Notes: generated from the sequence alone by a model not told the origin. Positions 11,871-22,917 are shown, numbered from the stretch's first letter. The stretch is 64,000 bases of DNA from Tetramitus jugosus (GCA_937625935.1 OW569350.1:186001-250000), one strand, 5' to 3'. Program-made: numbers and translations.

Positions 11871-11970
11871 GGACGTATAGCTTAGAGGTAGAGCGAAGGA
11901 GCAGCCGTTGGTTGTCGCCAAGGACCACCGACATTTCCCTCAGACGTGTGTTCGATTCGCACTGTGTCCT
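11871..11970 (+). pseudogene. tRNA-Cys-derived pseudogene or tRNA-like gene with intact A and B boxes
   Basis: Homologous to the tRNA-Cys at 6765 (GGACGTATAGCTTAGAGGTAGAGC...GTGTGTTCGATTCGCACTGTGTCCT, then TTTT). Acceptor, D and T stems pair, but positions 32-33 before GCA are missing and the ~30-nt intron forms a hairpin. Confidence 0.8.
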
Positions 11971-11999
11971 GTTTTGCATTTCTAAACTGTGTTGTTTCT

Positions 12000-12758
12000 T
12001 TATTTGTCATCATAGTCGACTCCCACCACTTCGTTGTGGAGTGATTCATGGTCGATAAGTGGGGAAGAATTGACGAAGTGGGGCAACTCATCCTGCTTCC
12101 GAGCAATCTCCTTCAACTTATCCATAAAGTTTGGTGTGATCATACCTCGAATCACCTTTATGGCACAAAACAAGAGGAGAGATAGAATGATTAGGCAAAA
12201 GATCGCGAACCCAACAATAATCGAGATGATTATAGCATTGCTTTTTCTTTTCCTTCGTGCAATTTCTTTGTCCAATGAAGAATCAGGCACATACGCGAAA
12301 TGAGTATCATTACCGACAATCCCGTCATTTGTCCTCTGAATTACAAAAAAGTATCTCTCGGTGTCATAGTCGAGTATAATATCTCTTCGTACAGTAATTG
12401 TTTCACCCGTTGCAGATTGCGTGAAGTTGTTGTACAGTAAGGGAACATCAGATATTTTGCTACCGAGTGCATCTGTTGTTGCATTGTTGTTCAACAACTT
12501 TCCTTTGATTCTGTACAGGAGTCGAGGTAATCTGACTCTTCGAGCTGTAGCTTCACTGGATGTGATAGGACCGACATACAAATAAAAGAGAGTATCATTG
12601 TCACGTGGTATTGTTTGTACATCAGATAGAGATACAGTTGAACCCTGCACACAAGGAATCTCAAAAGTTTTCTCATCACAAATGCATACTCCTGAGAGAG
12701 TCAACAAAATAAAAAGAACAACTAAATAAACTCTACTACAATCATCTTTTGATGGCAT
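12000..12758 (-). CDS. Uncharacterised single-pass membrane protein with signal peptide
   Basis: Start MPSKDDCSRVYLVVLFILL (hydrophobic signal), several N-x-T sites and a C-terminal TM segment IIISIIVGFAIFCLIILSLLLFCAI. Confidence 0.7.
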   Translation of the reverse strand: MPSKDDCSRVYLVVLFILLTLSGVCICDEKTFEIPCVQGSTVSLSDVQTIPRDNDTLFYLYVGPITSSEATARRVRLPRLLYRIKGKLLNNNATTDALGSKISDVPLLYNNFTQSATGETITVRRDIILDYDTERYFFVIQRTNDGIVGNDTHFAYVPDSSLDKEIARRKRKSNAIIISIIVGFAIFCLIILSLLLFCAIKVIRGMITPNFMDKLKEIARKQDELPHFVNSSPLIDHESLHNEVVGVDYDDK

Positions 12759-12940
12759 CTTCAGAGTTCTGTTCCGGCTGGTTTTCTCTCGACACTCAAC
12801 CGGTTTGTTGTAGTTTCGGATTATTTCAGATAGTCCGAATTGCGACGGAGTTATCCAATGCTCCCTTGAAATATGAAGCGACACACACAACAACACCACG
12901 CGAATAGAACACACAAACACACAAACAAACAAAAACAACG

Positions 12941-14581
12941 ATGGCACTTCCTGCAAAGTACCGTTACTACCTATTTGTTACCATGGGTAGCTTAATAGTC
13001 ACTGGATTGAGCAGTGTTCTCGTCTGGGCCAGTTATCATCTCATTGAACCGCACTTGTCTCCTCTGTTTTGGAGCTTGTGCACCGCTCTGGTGCTCCTAC
13101 AATTCAAAACCAAAATTAAGAATTGCATTGATTGGATGCAGAGTCATCTCATGACTCATAGAACGAAACGAATCATCAAAATCATTGTCTTTAGCTATTA
13201 TGTGTACAATGTGTTGCACTTGATCAAGGATTGGGATCGTCACATGTCGAGTGGAGATGCTGGATTTATTTTGGGTTACTATGTGGTGGTTCTGACTGTT
13301 TTGCTCATGCCCATCATGCTTTCATCAGACATGTTGGCCACGTGCATTATTTTGATTGGTGGAATTGCAGTGTGCATACTGTTGATTTATGCAGTGTTGA
13401 AGATGAGTTATGCAGAGTCGAATTTGGTTCTTTCGCGTGTGCAATCGTTTCTGCACTCCAAGGGCATTTATTTGAAGATTGAGACCGGTTCGGTGGAGAT
13501 TTTATCATCGGGTGGTACGTGCAACTTTATTCGTAGTTTTGGAACGACCAATCATCGACTGTTGAAGAAATTGCAGGAAATTGCACCGTTTTCCTATGTC
13601 GGTGGAGATCATTTGGCAAATTTGACATACATTGATAAGAGCGAGTTTGGAGAGATGATGTACAACACTTGTACGTCCTATGTGGAATCAATCAAGGGTA
13701 ATTTGAACCCGAATAGCATGTCTGATTTGGGATGGTTCGGTAGCACAATATCCAGCTTTTTCCAAACTGGTCTAAACACGTTGAACTTTATATCCGAGCT
13801 GCTCTCATCCATATTCATTTACTTTATGTTCCTATTTTATTTTGTGAAGAATGGAGATTTCTTCCAAGCGACCTTTAGCAGAATTTCACCTCTATCAGAG
13901 CAGGAGAACACCGAATTATTGACATCTATGAACAATGGAGTTGTCAAAACATTTCAATATGCGATACTGGTTGCATTCTGCCGATTTGCTGTCACCTTTG
14001 TTTCATTCTCTCTAGTTGGATTCAAAATTCTGTGGGTGTTTGCTTTCCTATCAGCCTTCTTGAGTTTGATCCCAGTGTTGTCCTCGTGGGTAGTCTGGGT
14101 GCCTGCTAGCTTGTATCTGTTGAGCCAGGATGGCCTATGGTCTTGGAACTGGATCATTGTCTCATTCAGTCACGTTGCTCTCATATTCCTGGACAGTGCA
14201 GTGCATCAAAAGTTCTTCAAGGGCCAACAGTCAACAATGCTCGGCATTGGAATTATTCTCGGTATATACACGTATGGATGGAGTGGCCTCATCAAGGGTC
14301 CTCTCGTGTTTGGGGTTACGTTGACCTTGTATGAGATCTATCAACGATACATGGATGATTGCTACCCAAGTGCACAACTGTTTGATAATTCACCAGTGTC
14401 ACCAGTTTCGCCTTCCAACCCTTTCACTCCCAACATGGCCTCACCTTCAAGCTTCTATCCCTCTGGAGGAAAGATCAGTAGTCAAAAGAGCAGCAGTAGT
14501 ATGAGCAGCAGCAAAAGTAGAGGTATGAGCAGCACATCGAGCGCCACCAGTGTCACTAGAAAAAAGAAGATGACTGAATAA
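12941..14581 (+). CDS. AI-2E transporter family / TMEM245-like multi-pass membrane protein
   Basis: N-terminal L.PLFWSLCTA and C-terminal AFLSLIPVLSSWVVWVPA...GIILGIYTYGWSGLIKGPL, typical of AI-2E/UPF0118 proteins. Confidence 0.75.
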   Translation: MALPAKYRYYLFVTMGSLIVTGLSSVLVWASYHLIEPHLSPLFWSLCTALVLLQFKTKIKNCIDWMQSHLMTHRTKRIIKIIVFSYYVYNVLHLIKDWDRHMSSGDAGFILGYYVVVLTVLLMPIMLSSDMLATCIILIGGIAVCILLIYAVLKMSYAESNLVLSRVQSFLHSKGIYLKIETGSVEILSSGGTCNFIRSFGTTNHRLLKKLQEIAPFSYVGGDHLANLTYIDKSEFGEMMYNTCTSYVESIKGNLNPNSMSDLGWFGSTISSFFQTGLNTLNFISELLSSIFIYFMFLFYFVKNGDFFQATFSRISPLSEQENTELLTSMNNGVVKTFQYAILVAFCRFAVTFVSFSLVGFKILWVFAFLSAFLSLIPVLSSWVVWVPASLYLLSQDGLWSWNWIIVSFSHVALIFLDSAVHQKFFKGQQSTMLGIGIILGIYTYGWSGLIKGPLVFGVTLTLYEIYQRYMDDCYPSAQLFDNSPVSPVSPSNPFTPNMASPSSFYPSGGKISSQKSSSSMSSSKSRGMSSTSSATSVTRKKKMTE

Positions 14582-14809
14582 TAAAAAGTACAGTGTCAGG
14601 GAGCACCTGACCACTTCGTCAAAACAAAACTTTCACACTCATGAGAAAGGTGTATTCGCATCAAGTTCCCAAAAACAAGGCACCATCACTCCAATCTATT
14701 TTTGCCTGCAACAAAAAAGCATACAAAAAACACCAAAAAGCATCAACAACGTTGGAAAAGCAAACCAAGCGAAGCTCGTAAAGCAACAGCAGAAAAAAAG
14801 TACAACAAC

Positions 14810-17800
14810 ATGACTCCACCACAAGTTCAACAACACCAGGGTGAAGACGCACAACCACCTCAACAGCAATCAAACAACATGCAACTCGCCATTTTGCCTG
14901 CTGATCACAACAACAACAATAGCAACAATAGCAACAGTAACAAAAAACAACAGCAACCGTTGAATCCAATTGCTCTGATGAAGAGATCAGACTCTGGTTT
15001 CGTTGGATTGTCCAACCAAGGTGCCACCTGTTATTTGAACTCGTTGGTTCAAGCACTGTACATGACTCCAGAGCTCAGAAAACTTGTTTATCAATGGAGG
15101 TATAACCCCAATGTTCATGCGAGTCCAGAACACTGTATTCCACTACAGTTACAAAGATTGTTTGCCAGACTTCAACTGAGTGAGAAGAGAGCTGCCATGA
15201 CAAAGGACCTGACAAAGTCATTTGGTTGGAATCAGAGTGATTCGTTCATACAGCACGATATTCAAGAATTGTGTAGAGTGTTGATGGATGCGTTGGATGA
15301 GTCGTTTGAGCAATCTGAGAAGACATCAGCAGCAACAACAACAACAGCTGAATCATCAACAACGACAGTTGTGTGTAACAATAATAGTAAGAGTGAAGAA
15401 GGAAACAATTTGAAATATGGTAGAGTCAGTGATCTGTACAAGGGTATCATGCTCGACTATATTCAAGTCGTAGAGCCCATTCATCACGACGACGGTAGAG
15501 AGAATGATCAAGATGGTGATGTTCCAATGGGAGACGCTCCAGTGACAATTGATCAGTACAAGCCAGTTTTGAATCCTCAGACAGGTAAACCGTATGGACG
15601 TGTCAGAGAAGACGTCTACATGGATATTCAGTTGGTCGTGAGAGATATGAACAGCATAGAGGAGTCCCTGACTGCATATATGAAACCAGAGTTGCTCACA
15701 GGTGATAATCGATGGTCCTGTGAAGAGTTGAACGATCAAAAGGTGGATGCCAAGAAGGGTTTGGCATTGAAGACATTGCCCTATTTGTTGAGTCTCCAAT
15801 TGAATCGATTTGACTTTGATTATGTCACTTGGGAGAGAATCAAGTTGGCCAACAAGATTTCATTTCCATTCTATTTGGATATGACATCGTTTGTGCCACC
15901 ATCAACAGACAATCATACAAAGCTCTACGAGTTGTTTGCAGTGTTGATTCATAGCGGAAGTGCCAATGGTGGTCACTACTTTGCCTACATTAAATCCTTT
16001 GAGAATGGAAAGTGGTACAATTTCAATGACTCGAGTGTGCAGGAGATTGAACAAGAAGCTGTCAAGATTATGTATGGTGGAACAGATGGTGAAGCAGGAA
16101 AGAGTCTATACAAGAATGTCAATGCGTCCACAAATGCATACATGCTCATGTATCGCATGATTGATCCTTCAAAAAATGTGGTGACTGTGCCCGATAGTCT
16201 GATTGCAGAGGATATTCGAAGAGAGATTGAACAAGAGAATGAATTGTTCAGAGCAGAAGTGAAACAAAAGGAGAGAGAACAGGAGATTGCAAAGGTGAAG
16301 GTGTTCCTTCCAAAAGCCAAGTCTGACTACTCCAAAATTGTCTCGTTTGATATCGAGTTGGAGAAGAATGCAACTTTTGAGCAAGCCAAGAAGCAAATTT
16401 TTGCAAAGGCAATCGAACAGGAGGAGTGGTCAGAGAGGGAATCTCAGATTGAACATGCTAGAATTAGAGAATATGACTTCCTCAAGAGGTGTCCCGGAAA
16501 GATTGTTCGTGCCTCTGATGACACTATCATTTCGAGCCTTGGAATCAAGAACTATACTTCATTGACCATTCAAACAAAGTATCCAGATGAGGATTGGCCC
16601 GTAGAGACCGCAGTGATGAATATCTTGCTTTCGCCGCTCAATCCTGAAACAAAGGCATTCGATCATTTACTGTCAAAGAGTGTTCGAGCTGATCAGACTT
16701 TGCGCGAACTTAAGCAAGAGTTGTCAAAAATTTTGGGCGAAAAGTATCCTGCAGAGTCACTCAACGTTGTCACCTCTCCTGGAGACACTGTTTACAATCA
16801 GTACAATGCCAAGGATGAGGATAAGAGAATTGATGCGGAGTTGGGCATGAAGAACAATGATATTGTTTATGTTGAAGTGATTGAGGATGAAAACACTCCT
16901 TCTTTGATCATTGACAAGTTACTGGAAATGGAGAACATGATCAACATTTACTTTAACAAGCCTGAAACTTCATTCATGTATGATCAACTTGTTGAAGTAG
17001 ACAAGCGTGGAACAATACTCGATGTCAAGAAAAAGGTATCAGAAATCATTGGAGTGCCCTGTGATCAGTTTAGACTGTGTCATAAGGTTTCGAAGCTACC
17101 ACTCACCAACGAGCAATTGCCAATCAAGGACTCCAAGGACGTGTTTGACTATTGCCAGCTGTATGTTGAAATTGGAGATTCGCTGAAACAGGATGAGATT
17201 CTGCTTAATGTGTCACTGTTTGAATATTTGGATCCGAATATGATTTCCGAAATTGAGAAACAAATTCCTCAAATTCCTCAAGCAGAAGCAGCGACTGAGG
17301 GAGCCATTGGACCGATGACTGAAGAGCAGGCTACTGTATCAACAGTGTCTACCAACAGTGATAGTGACAAAGCCGTTCAGGATGTCTCATCAGGCAAGGC
17401 TGGACCAGAAGAAAAGAAGAAGGAGGACGAAGCTCAAAAGGAACAGATGGAAAACTTGATGAAGATAGTGTTGATCAGAAAGGGTCAGTTCCGTGATCTA
17501 GGCAAGTTAATTGTTCGCGAGGATATGACTGTATCAGAGTTGAAACAATTGATCAAGGAAACCTATTTTATGGATGACATTTATTTGGATTCAACTCTGA
17601 TGCGTGTTCGTGTCAGACAACTCCTTTCGCTGGGCAAAATATTCAAGAATGACAGTGCCACGCTCAAGGAAGCGTTCCCAGAGTTGACAAGTGGCAAGTC
17701 AATCGTCGTTCAAAAACTAACTCATCCAGAGAAGTTTGCTGAGAATGATATGATCGTTTATGTGCAAAGGTGGCTTCCATCTCAATGGGAGTTCACTCAT

Positions 17801-18367
17801 GGTTCTATGCGCAAATTTGAAGTCGTAATCAACAGAGAGCACACGAAGAATGCTCAAGTATTGAAGCAGACGATATATGACGCAGTGAAAACTGAGCTAT
17901 TCCCAGAGACCTTGCAACCCAATTCAGAGTTCAATGTTCAGGCACACTTGGGAGTCAGTAAAGCACCAACCAATTTTGAAATATGGTACAAGAAGGAATG
18001 TGCTGAAGTTGCACTCCTTAATTGGAATAGTCTCTTGGATCGAAAGACAAAGGAGCCTCTGCCGAACGTGTTTGGGCCTCCGCTCTGCACTGTCGAAGAC
18101 GATTTATTTATCTTAAGGGATATGAGAGAGCCAGAGAAGTTCGACTTGGATGAATTGAAATCCAAGGTGTCTTCTGGATCCGGTGAACGTGCATTGACAA
18201 TCAAAGTGTACAACAAGAAGGACGAGGAGGAAGAAAAGCGCAGAAAGGAAGAAGAGGAACAAAAACAAAAGGAGCAGCAGCAACAAGCAGAACCTGCAAG
18301 TGGCAAGGAAGACAGAAATGAGCAACCTCTGTCAAAGAAGCAAAAGACCACCTCTCCCGATACTTAA
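14810..18367 (+). CDS. Ubiquitin-specific protease, USP47/USP7-like (peptidase C19) with C-terminal UBL-like repeats
   Basis: Cys box GLSNQGATCYLNS, QHDIQELCRVL, His box LIHSGSANGGHYFAYIK...WYNFNDS, NAYMLMY. The first ATG is at 14810. Confidence 0.9.
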   Translation: MTPPQVQQHQGEDAQPPQQQSNNMQLAILPADHNNNNSNNSNSNKKQQQPLNPIALMKRSDSGFVGLSNQGATCYLNSLVQALYMTPELRKLVYQWRYNPNVHASPEHCIPLQLQRLFARLQLSEKRAAMTKDLTKSFGWNQSDSFIQHDIQELCRVLMDALDESFEQSEKTSAATTTTAESSTTTVVCNNNSKSEEGNNLKYGRVSDLYKGIMLDYIQVVEPIHHDDGRENDQDGDVPMGDAPVTIDQYKPVLNPQTGKPYGRVREDVYMDIQLVVRDMNSIEESLTAYMKPELLTGDNRWSCEELNDQKVDAKKGLALKTLPYLLSLQLNRFDFDYVTWERIKLANKISFPFYLDMTSFVPPSTDNHTKLYELFAVLIHSGSANGGHYFAYIKSFENGKWYNFNDSSVQEIEQEAVKIMYGGTDGEAGKSLYKNVNASTNAYMLMYRMIDPSKNVVTVPDSLIAEDIRREIEQENELFRAEVKQKEREQEIAKVKVFLPKAKSDYSKIVSFDIELEKNATFEQAKKQIFAKAIEQEEWSERESQIEHARIREYDFLKRCPGKIVRASDDTIISSLGIKNYTSLTIQTKYPDEDWPVETAVMNILLSPLNPETKAFDHLLSKSVRADQTLRELKQELSKILGEKYPAESLNVVTSPGDTVYNQYNAKDEDKRIDAELGMKNNDIVYVEVIEDENTPSLIIDKLLEMENMINIYFNKPETSFMYDQLVEVDKRGTILDVKKKVSEIIGVPCDQFRLCHKVSKLPLTNEQLPIKDSKDVFDYCQLYVEIGDSLKQDEILLNVSLFEYLDPNMISEIEKQIPQIPQAEAATEGAIGPMTEEQATVSTVSTNSDSDKAVQDVSSGKAGPEEKKKEDEAQKEQMENLMKIVLIRKGQFRDLGKLIVREDMTVSELKQLIKETYFMDDIYLDSTLMRVRVRQLLSLGKIFKNDSATLKEAFPELTSGKSIVVQKLTHPEKFAENDMIVYVQRWLPSQWEFTHGSMRKFEVVINREHTKNAQVLKQTIYDAVKTELFPETLQPNSEFNVQAHLGVSKAPTNFEIWYKKECAEVALLNWNSLLDRKTKEPLPNVFGPPLCTVEDDLFILRDMREPEKFDLDELKSKVSSGSGERALTIKVYNKKDEEEEKRRKEEEEQKQKEQQQQAEPASGKEDRNEQPLSKKQKTTSPDT

Positions 18368-18432
18368 ACGAGAAGTAAAAATATTCAAGTCAAAATGTTC
18401 TTCAATTAATTGAAATTGCACACGAGGGGCGG

Positions 18433-21052
18433 CTATGTGGCCAAAGTTGACTCCTTGGGACCTCGCCCAGCTTGGCGTTTCTTTGGAGGATCCGGTGATT
18501 GGATAATGCTATTGTCTTCCATTTCCTTGTGTGGTCGTTTCTTGACCGGAGATTGTTCCATCGCGTTGGTTTCGAGTTCATCTGCTTTGATCTTGAGCTT
18601 GCTGTAAAACTCAATACAACTCTTGAACCGTTCAAGAACGGAATTTTTGGGTTTGAACGTGAACGTACCATTGTTGAGCAGTGTGATCTGGTTCTTGGAT
18701 CTCACACGAGAGAGAGCAACGTAAAGCAAAGCAGGCTCAAATAAGGGATCTAGATGGATGCAAACATTTCCGTCATTCCCTGGCACTTGTGGATTGTAAA
18801 AGCCCAGGCAAGTTTAAGTGGCATCCAGCATCCATAAACTGTGTAATTGTCACGAGTTTCACGACCCACTACGAGTGGTATCATTTCTTCTAAACCATTA
18901 TGCCCTTTTGACTGTGTCAAATCTCCGAAATGCTGACTTCTCAAGTCTATTGACTCGAATTTTGTAACTTCACCGAGTAGTCCATTTACCAACCTATTCG
19001 AGATGTTTCTTGTGAGTACAACTCTTGCTCCAACTACCAAGGTTAGATCTTTTCCATCATGGATATTTTTCTTCGTTTCCGACTGCTATTAAGTATTGGA
19101 TTTTTTCTTTGTTTTCAACAAGCAGGGGCGCAAGTGCATGGGTATTGATAGTATCAGCTCTACTGTTTTTTGCTACAATTGCACACGATGACCCAACTGA
19201 TTTGCATCCTTTAGTAGTGTTTAATTTGAGCTCGCGCACAAATTCGTTCAACTTCCTCTCTTCGTAAAGCTCTGTATTGTATCTGAGTTCTCTTAATTTT
19301 GATAAAAATTTGATATGATCTTCGCCTATACTCTGCTGTCGATATTGTTCAGTGAGCAAAATAGGTTCTGGAAACCATTTACTCACGTGATCAACCAAAG
19401 CTGTTGCGTTAACTGGAGGTAACTGGAGGAAATCACCAAATGTGACAACTTGGACTCCACCAAACACCTTGGTTGGGTCTCTAATCCCCTCAGTTCGTTC
19501 TCCAACTTTGTGAAGTATTCTAATCCTAACATACTGATTTCATCAATGATTAACACTTGAATTTCCTTCCACAGAGGACGTGATGAAATACATTGATTTG
19601 TAATACCTGTAATAGAATGAATCGTTCTTCCCTCAATTAAGCAAGCAGCAACTCCAGTAGAAGCAGTCACATATATACATTTGTTCAACCTTCTCAACTC
19701 CGCAACACTTCGTTTCAACACGTGAGACTTTCCTACAACAAATTTTGATTAGAATTAATTGCATGATAGTGCATCAACGTATACTTAAACTTATACTTAC
19801 CAGTCCCACCTTCTCCAAGGATCAACGCATTCTTTCCGTCCAGAACTTGCTTCAATGCATGTTCTTGTGCCGGATTCAGATTCCATCCCAACGTATCCTC
19901 GTTGACATATGTCTCTATGGAGTGTATTGACTCTATTATTCCTTTGTTTCGACGATGCCAGATATCTTGGTTCAGATCTAGCTTAATCTCCCTATCAAGT
20001 TCAATCACCTCGTCCGATACATCTAACGAATCTTTTACTTTGACTCGCATTGTGTCATCTCTATAGATGCAGAAGGGACTCACTCTTTGGGTTTTGAGTT
20101 TTTCATTCATCAACTTTACACTACAATCTGTGAGAGGAAGACGATAGATGTCATCCAGTTGGATAATCTGGCCCTTTTTCAAAATCTTAAACGCTTCTTT
20201 CATACAATCAAACTTCACAACAATAATCTTGTCAGGTTCTTCTACGTCTTGAATACCAATCAAATTCTGCTTTTCATCCTTGAAGGCAATTCTCACTTCT
20301 AACGACTCATCCTCAAAGTACGCGGGAATTTCTTTGTCAAACAGCTCCGAAACTGAGTTGCACGGTTCCAGTGCAACAATTGCACAATTTGGATTTGGGC
20401 ATGAGCATTTACCAATGGTTTGGAGGCACGTGATGCAAGAGTCATTGCAAAGACCAGCTCTGTACACTCTCACTTCCTTGTGTAGTTCAAATTTCAGTTC
20501 TGACGCTTCAATGCAAAATTCAAAATGATCGAATGTCCGTGTCCATCCGCCATCAAGATCTGTAAAGTTCATGAGGAACTTACCGGACTCCATATCCTCC
20601 ATCTGATACAATTCATGGCCTTGATCTTCCAAATCACGAGTAGGGACAACAATGGGATGTGAATCTTCCTGTGTGTAAGATTCAGTCCCCAAGAGTGCAA
20701 ATTTCCATTCCTTGTCACTATTCTTCTTCAATACTTTGACCAGTGTTTTCAATGCCATCATGAAACGATAACTTCCATAGCGACTATTGTTCGAGAAACT
20801 CAGGTGCTCAAATCTTCTGCTCTCCAAAATGTCACGTGTGTCCTCATCAACCCTACTCTTGGGAACATGCACTGCAATCCAAATTGCGGGACTGCCTTGT
20901 AAAGCTTCGTGAATCATGGGATGCTTATCCTTATTAACAGATTTACCCTTTAGCGTTAATTCACCATTTGCTATCATGTTCTCAAATGACGCACGATGGG
21001 TATCGTGAACACCAAGCTCAACCGTGAGTTGTGTTTGTTCAGTTTGGATCAT
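18433..21052 (-). pseudogene. Pif1-family SF1B helicase with a long novel N-terminus; helicase half carries 3 frameshifts
   Basis: Intron 19800-19733 restores Walker A GEGGTGKS. Further motifs TASTGVAA, IIDEISM, FGGVQVVTFGDFLQLPPV, LKLAWAFTIHKCQG and LYVALSRVRS are spread over different frames (breaks near 19487, 19060-19090 and 18772). Confidence 0.8.
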
Positions 21053-21489
21053 ATTGTGTTGGTTTTTTTATCTGTCTGTTCCATCTGTCAGGCAGTTGGA
21101 AATTCGACACCTCAGAATCGAGATCCGAAGAATGAAGGAGGTTCGTCAAAAATAAATTTTTGTTTTCGAGAATTGATGATCAACAACCTGGAATCATCTT
21201 TCACAGTGCTCGAGTTTAATCCCATGACGAAGAAGGGCCAACTCCAAGAAGTTGGCCAAGTGAGAGTTCTCGAACACCATGCCGCTTTGTTGTGTTTTCA
21301 ACAGAGAGGAGAATTCCCTTTTCTCCGCTTCAAGCGGCCACTGTAGAGGAGAGACAATCAGATCTTGCAGATCTGGTCCAAAATTGTCTCCTCTTCTTGA
21401 AAAGGTACCATCAGATCATCATAAAAGACATTATCCCTTCAGATCGCTTCTTTCCCAACCAACACAAAGAACACACAACAGTTATCACC

Positions 21490-22917
21490 ATGGTTGACAC
21501 TTCGGTTTCAAGGAATATATTAGATAGTGGAACAGGGTACGCTTCTCCCATGGAAGCGTTCCGACATGGACCACGAGAGAAGGTTCTCTATGTTGCTTGT
21601 CCTTCACCTGATAATACAACAAGACCTGATTGTCTGGTCACTATTGACGCAGATCCATTGAGCTCCAAGTATTCAACTATTATCCACACGTTGCCCATGC
21701 CGTATCTGGGTGATGAGTTGCATCACATGGGCTGGAACGCCTGTAGCTCTTGTCACTCGCAGTCCTGTCATGAAAATAAGAGAAGGTTCCTGGTGTTGCC
21801 TGGGGTGAACTCGAGTCGTATCTACATTATTGATACAGTGGAGGATAGAAAGCCAAAGATTCATAAGGTCATTGAACCAGCGGAGGTGCTCAGACACGGA
21901 ATTGGTTTCCCTCACACTGTTCATTGTCTAGCCGATGGAAAAGTGATGATTTCCATGCTCGGAAGAAATGATGGAGAAGCAGCTGGTGGATTCTTAATGC
22001 TGGATCAACAGTTCAATGTGATTGGAAGATGGAACAAGGACGAAGAATCAAAGATGGACTTTGGATATGATTTCTGGTATCAACCGAGACAGAACGTCAT
22101 GGTTTCAAGTGAATGGGGCGCTCCTAACAAGTTTACCAAAGGTTTCAATCCGGCAGACGTCCCACAACACTATGGAAAGAGTTTGTATTTTTGGGATTGG
22201 AAGGAGAAAAAGTTGCTGAAAAAGGAGTATTTGGGAGAGGGCGCTTTGCCGTTGGAGGTTAGATTCCTTCATAATCCCGACTCGTCTCACGGATTTGTCA
22301 ACTGTGCCTTAAGCTCTGCCATATATCACTTTTACAAGGATCAAAGTAACGGAGAATGGAAGACGGAGAAGGTGATCCAACTTGATCCAGTCAAGGTTGA
22401 TGGATGGGCCATGGCAGAGATGCCTTCGTTGACCACAGATGTTCTCATATCGATGAATGACAAGTACTTGTACTTTGGTAATTGGTTGCATGGTGATGTC
22501 AGACAGTACGATATCACTGATCCTCACCATCCAAAGTTGACTGGTCAGGTGTTCGTGGGTGGAGTTGTTCGTAAGGGAAGCTCAGTAACACTTACCGAGG
22601 GAGGTGGAGAGCTGGCTGCTGTGCCAAAGGTGAAGGGCGTGGAACTCCAAGGAGGACCTCAAATGATTCAATTGTCACTCGATGGAAAACGTCTCTACGT
22701 AACATCTTCCTTGATTTCTACGTGGGATCGACAATTCTATCCGGATATGACCAAGAATGGGTCTCAAATGATCCAAATCGACGTTAACACGGATAACGGA
22801 GGACTAAAGATCAATGAAAACTTCCTCATTGACTTTGGCAAGGCAGAAGGAGGCCCCTTGTTGGCCCATGAGACTCGATATCCAGGCGGGGATTGTACTT
22901 CAGATATTTGGATCTGA
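21490..22917 (+). CDS. SELENBP1: Selenium-binding protein / methanethiol oxidase (SBP56 family)
   Basis: GYASP..A..GPREK, GDELHHMGWNACSSC, GYDFWYQPRQNVMVSSEWG, GGPQMIQLSLDGKRLYVT, HETRYPGGDCTSDIW. Confidence 0.95.
   Translation: MVDTSVSRNILDSGTGYASPMEAFRHGPREKVLYVACPSPDNTTRPDCLVTIDADPLSSKYSTIIHTLPMPYLGDELHHMGWNACSSCHSQSCHENKRRFLVLPGVNSSRIYIIDTVEDRKPKIHKVIEPAEVLRHGIGFPHTVHCLADGKVMISMLGRNDGEAAGGFLMLDQQFNVIGRWNKDEESKMDFGYDFWYQPRQNVMVSSEWGAPNKFTKGFNPADVPQHYGKSLYFWDWKEKKLLKKEYLGEGALPLEVRFLHNPDSSHGFVNCALSSAIYHFYKDQSNGEWKTEKVIQLDPVKVDGWAMAEMPSLTTDVLISMNDKYLYFGNWLHGDVRQYDITDPHHPKLTGQVFVGGVVRKGSSVTLTEGGGELAAVPKVKGVELQGGPQMIQLSLDGKRLYVTSSLISTWDRQFYPDMTKNGSQMIQIDVNTDNGGLKINENFLIDFGKAEGGPLLAHETRYPGGDCTSDIWI

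Noticed and set aside
18750-19500. Programmed frameshifting or micro-introns explaining the Pif1 breaks
   Set aside because: No shared slippery motif or GT-AG pair restores all three breaks; decay is the simpler explanation.
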